From the NCBI RefSeq assembly GCF_964355755.1, contig NC_092670.1:25592795-25656794 (forward strand): a DNA stretch of 64,000 bases. Direction: 5' to 3'. The notes under the pieces are model-generated. The model searched no databases. It saw only the letters and a program-made list of their open reading frames with translations, and was not told where the DNA came from. The position numbers and the translations under genes were made by a program. The first letter of the stretch is position 1. Every line of letters starts with the position of its first letter. The DNA comes from Antedon mediterranea (Eukaryota > Animalia > Echinodermata). Below are positions 26,149-38,426 of this stretch, piece by piece.

Positions 26149-26348
26149 TCTATATAAATTTACGTGAGGGAAAAATTTGGTAAATCGCGCATTACTTCTA
26201 AAATGTTTACTCAATGGTATATAAAGTTGGTTCGTACTTTCAGTGCTGATTTTAACCACCTGATGTAACCCTGTTTAATAATTTAATTTCAGTTATGTAA
26301 TTTTTTTTTACGCTGAAATTACTGTATATTCGAGAACCGTCTGTGGGC
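26149..26348 (+). mobile_element. Internally deleted fragment of the Helitron family at 41873
   Basis: TCTATATAAATTTACGTGAGGG...CCACCTGATGTAACCCTGTTTA matches 41873-42004. TTACGCTGAAATTACTGTATATTCGAGAACC matches 43671-43701. Confidence 0.8.
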
Positions 26349-27059
26349 TGATGTTTCTTTGGTTGGTCTTTTTGTTGATGCGTCATCTCTATTTTTGGGG
26401 TTAAATGCAGTTCTCAATTGGAACGGTAACATTGTTGATAAACTGCTGATCTGTATAGATGAAAAAAATGACAATGAAACATTAGATTTGCCCATCTGGG
26501 TTAAATTTGATTCATCATCATATAGAAATATAAAGTATATAATTAAGTATTTTTAATATAAATTATACCAATTTAAATAAAAATAAATATATCTATTATT
26601 ATTATAAAATATGTTAGGCCTACTATACTAAAGAAAGTGTTTTCTTATCTTATGTTGATGGATTATAATATTTATTATTATTAATTATAAAACAATAAAT
26701 GAACACTGTATATATTTGTCTTTCTTGAGTTATGCTCATAAATTGATTTGACTAAAACTATTGCTTTCTTTTCAGATTATTAGTTTAAAATATTAATTTT
26801 ATTCATCAAATATTTATTATTATCATTTTATTATTATAATAAAATTAATATGTTACTGATAATTTTGTCTTAGTTATACTGGGTATAAATGTTTTTTACG
26901 TATTATTTTTAAATGTTGTAAAATGTCTGTTGACTTTATTTCTCATTCTTTTATAATTGTTTTTAAACCACATCGGGGAAAACAGTAGACTAGTTATAAT
27001 GTTGAAGTCTATGGAATATATTTAAAACGAAGAGTAAATAAAGGTTCCCCATTAAACTA

Positions 27060-27575
27060 AGCGCGATCTCTTTGTAGGGAGCCGACGAAGCAAGCATGTG
27101 GGTTTTGGCCAACAAAATAAAGGTTCACCGAACCATGACCGAAATAATACCAGTCACCCAATTTGAGCACCGGGAGTCGCCGAGCCAGCAATCACGTTGG
27201 TTTTCAATAAAAATTAAAAAATAAAGGTCCATCAAACTGAACAGCTAAAAATAAACGCGATCTCAATTTGGAGGAGAATTTTAATAGCCAAGCACGTGGT
27301 GTTTCGGAAAACCCTATTAATAATCATCGTACATGGAGTATATACACTCTCGCTGTAGAAATACCGCCGGAGTCGCCGAGTCAGCTAAAAAATAAACGCG
27401 ATCTCAATGTGGAGGAGAGCTCATTAGCCAAGCACGTGATATTTCGGAAAACCCTTAATAATTATCGTACAGACCTGTAGAAATACCAGTCACCCCTTTC
27501 AGCTTCGGAGTCGCCGAGCCAGCTAAAAATAAACTTATCGCAATGTGGAGCAGAGTTCATTGCCCAAGCACGTGG
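27060..27575 (+). repeat. Imperfect tandem repeat of about 140 bp, 3-4 copies
   Basis: Recurring CGGAGTCGCCGAG(C/T)CAGCTAAAAATAAAC, CGCGATCTCAAT and CCAAGCACGTG blocks. Confidence 0.75.
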
Positions 27576-29799
27576 TAATACTATCCTATTACTATTAGGA
27601 GAACCTATTGTTCTTTGTTGTTTTGATTTGATTTCGTTCATAATAAATTGTTATCCACAGCCTTGCGTTTATATTATATGTAATTGTTTTTATCAATTTA
27701 AATAAAGTTATTAATTATTATTAAATTTATAAAACCTTAGTATATCTTCCGTAGATTGTAATTGAAACAAGTTAAATATTCCCTACACATCAAGTGAAAT
27801 CGCCCAAATATGATAGGCGCGCATACGCGACAACCAAGTTGCTTGGACTCGCTCACTATAGTGGAGGGTATTTTAAATGTATATTATAGTAAACATTTAA
27901 TTCATATTTTATCTTGTCGAATAGCAACGTTAAATAAATAAACAAAATTATGTACTAATATTACACATTATTTTGTGTAATATGTTTTTTATTATAACTG
28001 AAATGAACCAAATACAATTCTTTTTTTTCCTACTGTAACAAATAGAATAGTCAAAAACGACGAATTTGTTTTTATTCTGAAAGTGGTTGTAAACTATGGA
28101 CTTTTATCCCTATTTCTTGTGACAATAATTAAATAAATTTTTATTTTTCTGTGTCATATAGAAGCAATAACCAAATAGCAAACACATAATGTAAAATTTA
28201 AAGATTTTATGGTAACTAATTGCTAATTATTTGCAAAATACTACACCAGTATAAGGTCTAGTACACTACGTAACAAGACACGGCGTATCTTCTACGATGT
28301 TTACGCTGTAACCTGCCTAGTGGAAAATGTTTTGCAATTTTGCTCATTAATTTGTTAAATATTAATCAATTATAGACATATCTGTTCATTGGGTATACAT
28401 TATGAAGCTGCTATGAGATAAACAACATTCCTACCACATTAAAACAAATATCAACTATATAGTATCAACAAACTACCAACGTAACCGTGTCTCATTGTGT
28501 AATGACACCCAGTTTTTGACTATGATGTTGACGTTAGAGTACGAAGATAGTTTTGGCGTTTAATTTTCTTGTATTTTTCATTATAACCCACTATTTTCTA
28601 AATTCTAAAAACTAACAAAATAAAAATACACAAAACTTACATGCAATGAAGCGCGTAGAAGTTATTTACAACGTAACAGTTGAAACAACGTAACAGAGGG
28701 ACACGAAAAGTCTCTACCGCTGTAACTCGAAATTAGCGCGGATCCTAGCGATGATTTTTTCGCCGAGACTTTAGTTCGCCTGCTTCTTGAATCACGTGAC
28801 CTTCAACTTCAGAAATAGCTCTCGCGGCGTTTACCACCGATGGTCTATGAATAACTACGTAACGAATATACGAGACACGAAATGTTCTAAAAAAATAGTT
28901 TTTCGTCTGTAACTGACTAAATAAAATCGCCATTTTGTAGAACATTGTGTAAGGTAAATTTCAGTGATCTGTTGTAGTGAATGTAATTCGATTTTCGTCA
29001 TTATAGTGGTACTTCTTGTGTCTGTTCACTAATAAAGATCGTACTAACAACGTAACAAAGTGAGACACGAAATGTTACGTTGTGATGCTGGACGTCGCGG
29101 ACCGTTGTGTGGAAAACAAAAAATCGTGGGAAATTGTAATTAGCTTATATTTAACGTTGCTTTGTACTCTATTGTGATGATAAATAAATACAAAATAACT
29201 ATTGCTGTAGTATATTTTTTAAACTCTGATATGTCAGTGTATTTAAATGTCACACATATTTTAATAAAATGAGCTAGACACCACGATATATTTTTTTTAA
29301 AAATCGTTTTTTTTTGCAATTTTTTTTTCCAACATGTAATAGTATTAACCCATATTATTGTTCTATCATATGATAAAATCATTTTTTAAATAACTATTAC
29401 CAATTTAGAGTAAACAGCAAACTAACTATCACCAATACTAAAATACCCACTGGCCCCTTAATTTATGGAAACACCCATATATATTTTTTGTATTTTTGTG
29501 TCTTAATTGCTGTGTTTGAGCTTGGTGTAAAGGTGATGTAACAGCCTTTCAACTAACAATAGTTTCAGTTGACTAACAATACAACAGGAACGGCAAAAAC
29601 AAACGGGTGAATTTGAAAAGAAATAGGTTTTTTAAAAACTACTCGTATCAAAAAACCTGTACATTAGGCCTCTGGAAATACATTACATGGTGCTCGTCAG
29701 CACTTATCAAAAAATTGGTGAGGGATTTTTATCAACGTTCATCTTTCATCACAGTATTTTAATTAAGTGAAATAAACCTTGAATGTAGGCAGAGAGATA

Positions 29800-29878
29800 G
29801 CTAGGCACGACGATCGATCGCGAAATGTACGAGAGCAGCAGACCAAAAAAACCGCGGTAGACCTCGTTCTGATACAAG
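29800..29878 (+). promoter_or_regulatory. Putative promoter and 5' UTR exon of USP36
   Basis: Local CpG-rich patch ending in the donor AAG/GTATGG at 29878. Acceptor TTACAG at 30193 lies just upstream of the ATG. Inferred only. Confidence 0.45.
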
Positions 29879-30225
29879 GTATGGATATCGCGTGTGGATA
29901 TGAATGAGGCTCAAAAGAAATCGATATTTTAACTATACCTACCTATAAATACAGTATATTTTAGGTTGGCAGGTTTAGCCCTACTTATAGCCGGATAGCC
30001 TAGCTACAGTAAGCAGTTTTTTTTCTATTACTGTTCTGTACTGAAACTTGAAAGAAAGGACATTTGAATTGAAAGAAACATACTGTAAACTGTGTAATTA
30101 ATGCACAATTTTTCATGAAAACAAAGATTAATTTTAATTTGCTTTATTAACAGTGCTTTAGGCTAACTTAATATTTATAATTTTAAATTACAGCACATTG
30201 AGCTCACTAGTAAGTGATACATTGA

Positions 30226-33200
30226 ATGCCGTTTGAAATGACAATTGAAGAGAGCATAAGACGAGACTTGTCTCACAATGGAGCAAAATATGGTGAACGT
30301 AAAGACAAAGAACTTGATTTTCAGATAGTCTGCTCATCTAAGCAAGTGCTAATGAAGCAAATTGAGTTCAAACCCGCTAAGACGCAAATGAAGTATCACA
30401 TGCAACTGTTGCGGGAAAAGTATGTGTTGTTGAATCCACAGCAGAATGATGCGATACATCAGAAACCTGCCTACGATAAAGATGGCATAAAGAAACGCGA
30501 GAGATGTAAGTACACAGTATACTTCACCATGCCTTATTTTTATATTAAAATTGTTGTAGCCACTTTGTATTCAGGTTTGTAGTAATACATTTTTATACCC
30601 AATTTTTCATATGTTTTTAATTTGTTTGTGTTATTTTACTGTATACTCAACACAACATTTTTCTTTTTGTTAAACCACCACCTTTATTCAATTGCAATCA
30701 CATTTAGTACATCTTCATTTTATCCTCTTTTTTTTATTATTTTCTTATATTTGTTAACATTTGATTAGTATTATTAATCAATTGGACTTGCATATTATTT
30801 TATTGATATTGTAACTATTGAATATATAATGATTTTGTCCCCCGTTGTAGTGCCCAGTCATTGTGAATCTGATGATTCGGAATCAACAATAGACATTCCT
30901 AAGCCAACTCACGTTATCTACCCAGCAAGCAAAATAAAATTAAACTGGCAAGTGAACCGAAGCATTGGATGCACGTTGGCTAATCAGGGCAATACTTGTT
31001 TTATGAATTCGGTGTTACAGTGTCTAACATACACACCTCCATTGTACAACTACTATCAAACTGGACATCATAAACAAACATGTAAGTATTATATTGAAGC
31101 TCAGCACATCCAACCCTTTATGGTTGGAGAGTATACATGTGCTTTTAACTGAAATTCTTAAGCTCCGTCAAACTTTATTGAATGTGATGTGTCCAAATAT
31201 GAACATGATGATGTTATATCACTACCATATTTGGACATATCACTACCATATTTTGGTACATCAAACTTTTTTTGTCAAACTAGTTTGATTGTGTAGACAG
31301 AGCTTAGAATTTTATCATCACCGATAAAAAACATTTCAAGTAAGCTTGTAGTATATGCATCCTTAAAATGTTTCTTGTATAAATTTACTTACACTTTTCT
31401 GTTTTTTCTTTCTTTCATAGGCAAGCGACCTGGGTTATGTGTCATGTGTACAATTGACAATCACATCCACATGGTCATGAAACAACCAATACATGTCATC
31501 ACTCCCGTCGTACTCACTTCTAAGTTTAGAAGTAAGTATGTTTTATATTAATCCAGAATAGATGAGAAAAAGTGCAAAAATTTTGAAAATGAATGTAAAA
31601 GTGTATCTTATAACAAAGTTGAACAGAAAATATGAATTTTTTACTTTCCAGTAATAAAAAATAAATAATGTGTAAATATTTATGAAAAGTTAAAAAAAAT
31701 TGTGTGCTTTTTTCCAATTGATTTTCAAAGTAACGTTTATTTTTGTCTAAGTTTGAATAAAAACAGAATAATAATTAATATGAGCATTTCAATTGCTGTA
31801 AGAAGGCGAAAACCCAGAATGCAGAGATGGGCTGCCCAGAATCTAAAACATCATTAGGTACTAATAAAAATGCAATATGGTGCATGTCTAAATATTGTAA
31901 AACATATTAATTTATCTTGTTTTTAGGCATTCAGAAACAAATGGAAACTGGCAGGCAACATGATGTACATGAATTTCTTAGAGTTCTCTTGGAGGAAATG
32001 CACAAGAGCTGTTTGTATGGATTTGGTAAAGAGTAAGTATCATGCTGTGTTAAACTTGCATCCATAAATGTTGAAAACAAATTTGTATTTATTTTTTTCT
32101 ATATGTTTTTACAACACAACCCAAGGACAGTTGCAGTGTCAAATGAAGAACAACTTCATTAGATTTATCGCAAATAACGTGCGCGACACATGTTGGGAAG
32201 GGTTTGGGAGCACCCGATGCATATGTATGTGATTTGTTGTTCATACATACGCATCGTGACGTTTGCTCCGATACCCTTCCCATCATGCATTGTGCAATGA
32301 CGCTCCTGGTAAAAGCAAGCTATTTGCGATAAACTTTATTAGAATTTAATAAAATGAAGTTCAATTGTTGATGTGTTCTCTTTATTTACAGTTTGGATCG
32401 TTTAACTGAAGAAACGTCTGCTGTGTATCAAGTGTTTGGCGGTAAAATTAGGAACAGAAGTAAGTCTGTGTTCCCTTAAAGGTATATTGTCACTGAAAAA
32501 CATAAAATCAAAGATTAATAAAATTAGACTTTGAATAGGCCATTTAAAGTTAATCACTTCCATAGAAAAAAAAACGGTTAAATTCAACCAAAAACCCGTT
32601 GACTTCCAATTTGACTTATTTTGCTTTAAATATAGTTTTTCCAGGTAAATAAAAATTTTTTTTTTTCAATTTTTTGTCAAAGTGAATAACTATTATGTGA
32701 CGTTGGCAATAGCATATTCAACAAAAACATTATTTTTTCAGGGGAACAATACATTTTTAAGTTAAGGTGAACCCATTAAAACTGTTTATATAGCACCTTA
32801 TATAGTACATAGTTTTAGTAATATTCATCATTGTGTTGGAACCAATCTTATATACGCTCTATCTACACTATCAAACTATATGTGACAAAAAAAATGTGAT
32901 GTGCCCATATATGGAAACGGTGATGTCATATCACTACCATATTTGGGCACATAAATTTTTAAAACTAGTTTGAAAGTGTAGACAGAGCCTTAGAATTGAT
33001 GATAGCATAGTTTTGTGCGGCATCAATGGAAAAGTCTATAATTGTTTAATGAAATTGAGAAATGAATGTTAATACTTTGTATTGCAGTATGCTGCACAAA
33101 CTGCAAGTATAGATCAGACACATTTGAAACCTTCCTTGACCTTCCACTTGACCTCAAGGTAAGCTAACATTAATCCTACTATAAAGCTCAGTTCTCTATA

Positions 33201-36200
33201 ATAAACACTTTCAATGAATATGAAAACATTATGCACAATTTTCTTTTTTGAATATGACCCAGTCACTGTTACCCAGAGCATTGTTGTTATTGTATCTCAA
33301 TTTTGTAGTAAATTTGCCATGAATGTTTACTTCCATTTTGTTTTATCAGAGCAAGAGTATAGAGCAGTGTTTGCGTATTATGATCAAGCCAGAAATGTTA
33401 TTTGGAGACAACAAGTACAAATGTTCAGGGTTAGTTTATTTTCAAAATAGCTGTTTGGTTCAAATCTGAAATACAACTCGAAATGCTCATAAGCTTAGCG
33501 GGCCTTGGGATAACTCATTTTGCCAGTTGGCACCACAGCAGGGCTTGTTAGCTATAAATGTGTATCATATTTATAACATGTTTATTTTTGTATTTAGATG
33601 CAGGAAACTTGTTGATGCACGTAAAACGTTTCGTATAGTGAAGCCACCGAATGTTTTAACAGTGGTCTTAAAAAGGTATTATTAAGGTTTCACATTATAT
33701 TATAATGCACAATTCACAACTACTTTGTGCCCCACAGACATTCAAACCTCGACTGCTTTTGATTGGTGCCTATTAAGATTCGAACCCAATTAAGCAGCGG
33801 TTGCTGCAACATAAATAATAGTTGAACTTTTCTACCATATTTTATTCTCAAGACTCAAATTTACCGTGTAATCATTAATAATTTAACTATTATGTACCCT
33901 TTTGTTTTCAAAACACTATATATTGTTTATTTAGGTATGATGCCTCAGGACGTAATATAAAAAACAGGAGGTTTGTTGAATATCCTGAATACTTTGACCT
34001 TCGACCTTTTATGGCTGGTGCAAAAGTATGTATTTTGTAACTTTATTATTTGTTATATTTAAATCCAATAGAAAGCTTGCACACTGTTAAAATGAATAAT
34101 TTATTTTTCTTTATAGAAACCTGTGAAATATAAACTGTATGGCGTTCTACCTCATGAAGGAAATGGCAGTGGTTATGGACACTATTTTACGTTTGTGCGA
34201 GCACCTAACAATCTTTGGTACAAAATAAACGACCATGCCTCCGACAGAGCAGGACGCCACCACGTTATGAACGCTGAAGCCTATCTTCTTTTCTACGTTC
34301 GCACGGTTGATACTGATCTCTTCACGGAAAATGGTCGCATTCAAGCACCAAGCCAAAAGTTAAATGGTCGTGTTGAACCTGCAAGCCCAAACTGTAATCA
34401 TAGTTACGCAAATGGAAAAACAAAATTTTCACCTTTACCTCAGAAGGTTACCAGTATAAAACGAGACGAGAATAAACCAAACATCTCAAAAATAGTGTCA
34501 ACACCATCTCCAACGCCAAGTTCTCTACCTCCCGATCGTCCAAAGCTTTCTTTTAGCATCAATCGGAAGGGTGTTCAAGGGAACAATATCAGTCAAAAAC
34601 CAAATGTTGCAAATAAAACATCAAATACAGGTAACACATTGTCACGAAGTACAGCTGAATCGTTTGTGAGACCCAAGAATCATACCGAGAGCCGTTCTAA
34701 ACCAAGTACTCTGGTAAAAGTGCTACCTCTCGTACCATATGGTAGTGATTCCAGTGACTCAGAAGATTATGATACAATCGCAGAAAAGATTTCAGAAAAG
34801 TCGTTCGAGAAGGCAAAATCCAAAACTACTCCAACATCGCCAGATAAAGTAAAGACCTCACCAGATAAAGAAAAGACATCACCATTGTCAAATCATAGGA
34901 ATCTTATGGCTGTGAGGAGTACAGAGTCTCCTCTCAGACTCGCTATAACAACTAACTGTAATGCATCAAAGATGATGTCTACGGGATTGTGGAAGGTTAG
35001 TTCCGACACAGATCAACAAACGCCCTCTGTCGCTTCTGATGCTAGTAATACTTCAGCTTCTTCTACTTCTGAATGGAATGTGCAAGAGAAAAAGATGCTG
35101 ACACCACTTCCAAAAGAGAGCAGCTGTGAGGCTGAATTTCTTGGGTGGACTGTCAGTGCAAAACCTAGTTCCAATTCAAAAACATCTACCTCAAATTCTA
35201 CAGAAAGCTCAAGTAAATTGGCTGATGGGACAAAATATTGTTTCAAAGAAGAACTGTCAACTACAAATGGAGGTAAAATACTCTCTCCGCCACCATCACC
35301 TGTGCAAACAAATAAATTTAATGCATCGTCTAATAAATGGAAGATTCCGAAACACGAGAGTTCTAAAAACACTGATAAATACAGCAATGGATACCAAAAT
35401 GGACATACATCATCTAATGGTGCTACACATGAAAACCAGAAAATTAATACATCTACGAGTAACAATCTGAAACGTGATTTTTCAAACAATAGTCAAATTA
35501 AGAATGATCTGGATGATAGGTCTGTACCTAAAAAATCTAAGATTGAAAATAGTTCAAGAAAACAAGATGTAGCTAAGTCAGGTGAGAGGAATATTAATTT
35601 CGTAAGAACTTCCCATGACATGCAATCGGAAACGCCCACTTTTAACAACTGTTCATATATGAACTCAATTTTTCATGGTAATTTTGAAGTATAGTATACT
35701 TTCCTATTTCTATTCTACAATATCAATTATGCAATCCTGCTTTCTATTAATATACTAAAAGATATAATAATATTACTAAAAACGATTTTGTTAATCAACT
35801 ACCAAAGTTATATCACTCACTGTGTAAAGTTGATTGTGTTCCCCTCAAAAGGTTTTTTCAAAAATCACTAATATCTAAATGTTGTATTTTTGTTGATTTT
35901 TGTTTGTATATTATATTTCATGTCTTTCAACTCAACACTATTGTGACGTATGGTCACTGTAGGGTGATGATGACATAAATTATTTTAAGAAATGATTTGA
36001 GAAGATTAACTGGTACTTTTAATTATAATATAATGGTATAATTATTCTTTACCTTGTCAAATGTCCACAGAAAATGGTTCACCAAACAGTGAAAAAGATA
36101 ACATTGCGGATGAAGAAAAAACAAAAACATTTTCTTCTGCTGGTGAGTTTCATTTTCAAAAATTAATTTGTTTTATTAAAAATAAATTAGCTGTGTAATT

Positions 36201-38426
36201 CATTACTTTGGATTCTATTGCTTTTCTTTCTTTAATCTTAATAGCTTATATTTTGATTCGTTTGTTTTTTAGCACCTACTCAGTCGTGGGACCACCATGT
36301 TAAAGATGGTTACCAGAGGAAAGCAAACAAATACACATCAAACAAATCAAGTTGGGATGGCAGAGATAATAGTGGCAATCAAAAAGATGTTAACAAGATT
36401 CTTACTAATACATCTATGCGAAGTTATGGATCGTCAGGTACACTTTTACTGCATACCGGTACCTCCAGATACTATTTTTAACATTTAATTCAAATTTTAT
36501 TTTCAAAGAGCAATGTTAATAATATCAATGTTCTAAAAGAAAAAGGTTTATCCATAATTTTTTCAGTCACAACAAACAACTTGTTTAATTTAATTTCTTA
36601 TATACATGTATTTGGTAAAGTTTTTTTTCCTCTACTTTTTTTAGTAAAATCTTGGGAAGATGAACCTTCTGAATTAGATAAAGAGGCAAAGCGCTCATGG
36701 CGACAGGAAAAAAAATCCAAGCGTGACAGTTATGAGGAAGAACTGGACCAAGGAAAGGTATTAAGAATAAATTTTAATTTGTAAAAAAATCTGTTATTGC
36801 ATCGAGTTTAAAAGTTTATTTTTCATGTTATCCCCAATTATAAGCGGAAAATGGAATGTTATCCTTTTGATATCTGGTCAGTTTATTTTTGTGCAATGTA
36901 ATGTGCATTATTTTAAAAAGTGGCATTTTTTTTAGGTTAAGAAAGTAAAATCAAATGACTACAGAGAGAGGCATCATCATGGATATAACGCTTTTCAACG
37001 TCATCAAAATTATCGCAACACATCACCTCAGGTCAGTACATTTTACTACTTTATTCAGGTGTAAACTGTAAGGCCATATTATTCTAGTCCAGGCCAGCAG
37101 TGCTGTAACATGCATTAGCCTCCAGGCCTACAAGCACCTGCTTTCCACAACACTGCTCACAAATTCTGTGTGCTGTGTGAATGGAACATGCATTAGCCTC
37201 CAGGCCTACAAGCACCTACTTTCCACATCACTGTTCACAAATTCTGTGTGCTGTGTGAATGGAACATGCATTAGCCTCCATGCCTACAAGTACCTACTTT
37301 CCACAACACTGCTCACAAATTCTGTGCGCTGTGTGAATGGAACAAGCTGCCCTTATCGTTTCCGCTTGTCTGTGTAAATTGGTTTATAATGTTTAATTGA
37401 AGCACACCTTTTACAGTTTGAGAATAAATTCTTCAGTAAGAATGTACTGTATTCAATTTGCTGTGGTGAGAAACATCATTTGAATACATATCAGTCCACT
37501 ATTTTAAGTGAAAACCTTCTATAAAATGACAGTGAACAACAACAACTTGGTTGTTTTAATGTTTGTTTATAAAGATTGAAGCAGAATAATGCCATGGTGT
37601 TATTGTAGACTTACTGGGTCTGTTTAAAGTATATAATGCCATGGTGTTATTGTAGACTTACTGGGTCTGTTTAAAGTATATAATGCCATGGTGTTATTGT
37701 AGACTTACTGGGTCTGTTTAAAGTATATAATGCCATGGTGTTATTGTAGACTTACTGGGTCTGTTTAAAGTATATAATGCCATGGTGTTATTGTAGACTT
37801 ACTGGGTCAGTTTAAAGTATATAATGCCATGGTGTTATTGTAGACTTACTGGGTCTGTTTAAAGTATATAATGCCATGGTGTTATTGTAGGCTTACTGGG
37901 TCTGTTTAAAGTATATTCTGCAATAGGCAACGATAATAATACAAATAACATATACTCTTTTGATACATATGTGTAATATGTAAAAGTTTTTATGATTTAT
38001 TTTTTCAACATAAAGCAAATCTTTGTACTTTACTCTCAGTGGAAAACCTTATTACAGTATTTTAATTATTTTATAAATTATGTCTTCATGCTTCAGAATC
38101 AGTCTTGCATGCGATGACATAACACATCCTTGTCATATTGTACTTACATAAATTCGATTCAATTTTATGAGAGTTACATATAAAATTTATATTTTTAAAT
38201 TATATATTTTTAATTATTACAATATGTTAAATAATAAATTTCAAATTTGTTACTGAAAAAAGCATTGTATCATGGATACAAAAGACTGTACCACCGGCTG
38301 AACATTTGTTAGATGTGAACCACGTTATTTTTTTTCTTTTCTTTACAGCAGAAACAAGGTTATAATAGATTCCACCCATATAAACAGCATCATGGTTGGT
38401 ATAGCAACAAAACATGGCGACGTTAA
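30226..38426 (+). CDS. USP36: Ubiquitin carboxyl-terminal hydrolase 36/42-like deubiquitinase
   Basis: Exons read as 30226-30505, 30851-31081, 31421-31531, 31927-32032, 32392-32459, 33088-33158, 33350-33429, 33598-33675, 33935-34025, 34117-35581, 36071-36142, 36273-36437, 36645-36757, 36936-37031, 38349-38426 (TAA). N-terminal KQVLMKQIEFKPA...KYVLLNP, Cys box NQGNTCFMNSVLQCLTYTPPL, His box GHYFTFVR, WYKIND, and C-terminal YEEELDQGKVKKVK. The start could instead be ATG 30238, and the last exon is less certain. Confidence 0.9.
31160..31305. mobile_element. MITE family A copy
   Basis: AAGCTC...GTGTAGACAGAGCTT ends; internal sequence shared with the other copies. Confidence 0.75.
32152..32361. 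mobile_element. Small inverted-repeat element (MITE-like) in a USP36 intron
   Basis: TTTATCGCAAATA (32164) pairs with TATTTGCGATAAA (32321); outer AACTTCATT pairs with AATGAAGTT. Confidence 0.55.
32856..32988. mobile_element. MITE family A copy
   Basis: GCTCTATCTACACTATCAAACTA...TAGTTTGAAAGTGTAGACAGAGC. Confidence 0.8.
37107..37343 (+). repeat. 78-bp tandem repeat, 3 copies
   Basis: ACATGCATTAGCCTCCA starts at 37108, 37186 and 37264. Confidence 0.9.
37586..37915 (+). repeat. 47-bp minisatellite, 7 copies
   Basis: Unit TAATGCCATGGTGTTATTGTAGACTTACTGGGTCTGTTTAAAGTATA, nearly perfect. Confidence 0.95.

Larger units (their letters stand above)
25172..29476. mobile_element. 4.3-kb non-autonomous TIR DNA transposon
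   Basis: 26-bp TIR GGGTGTTTCCATAAATAAAGGGGCCA (25172-25197) vs TGGCCCCTTAATTTATGGAAACACCC (29451-29476), one mismatch. Flanked by ATAT on both sides; the flanks rejoin into an intact repeat. No long ORF. Confidence 0.85.
25101..29660. mobile_element. HINE-like repeat copy 2, split in its (TA)n tract by a 4.3-kb insertion
   Basis: 25101-25171 matches 7013-7090 (GCCACTCCGAGAGTGCATACCTCCGCCTA...CATAAGATTT). 29477-29660 matches 7095-7305 (...CAGCCTTTCAACTAACA...GAAAAGAAATAGGTTTTTTAAAA...TATCAAAAAACCTGT). Confidence 0.8.

Noticed and set aside
33710-33800. Minus-strand B-box-like GGTTCGAATC (tRNA or SINE)
   Set aside because: No cloverleaf or A box; at most a SINE remnant that cannot be delimited.
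35013-35489. 158-aa minus-strand ORF and other overlapping ORFs
   Set aside because: These are antisense or alternate-frame shadows of the large Ser-rich USP36 exon.
35960-36015. Box C-like GTGATGA in a USP36 intron (possible snoRNA)
   Set aside because: No suitably placed box D (CTGA) or terminal stem.
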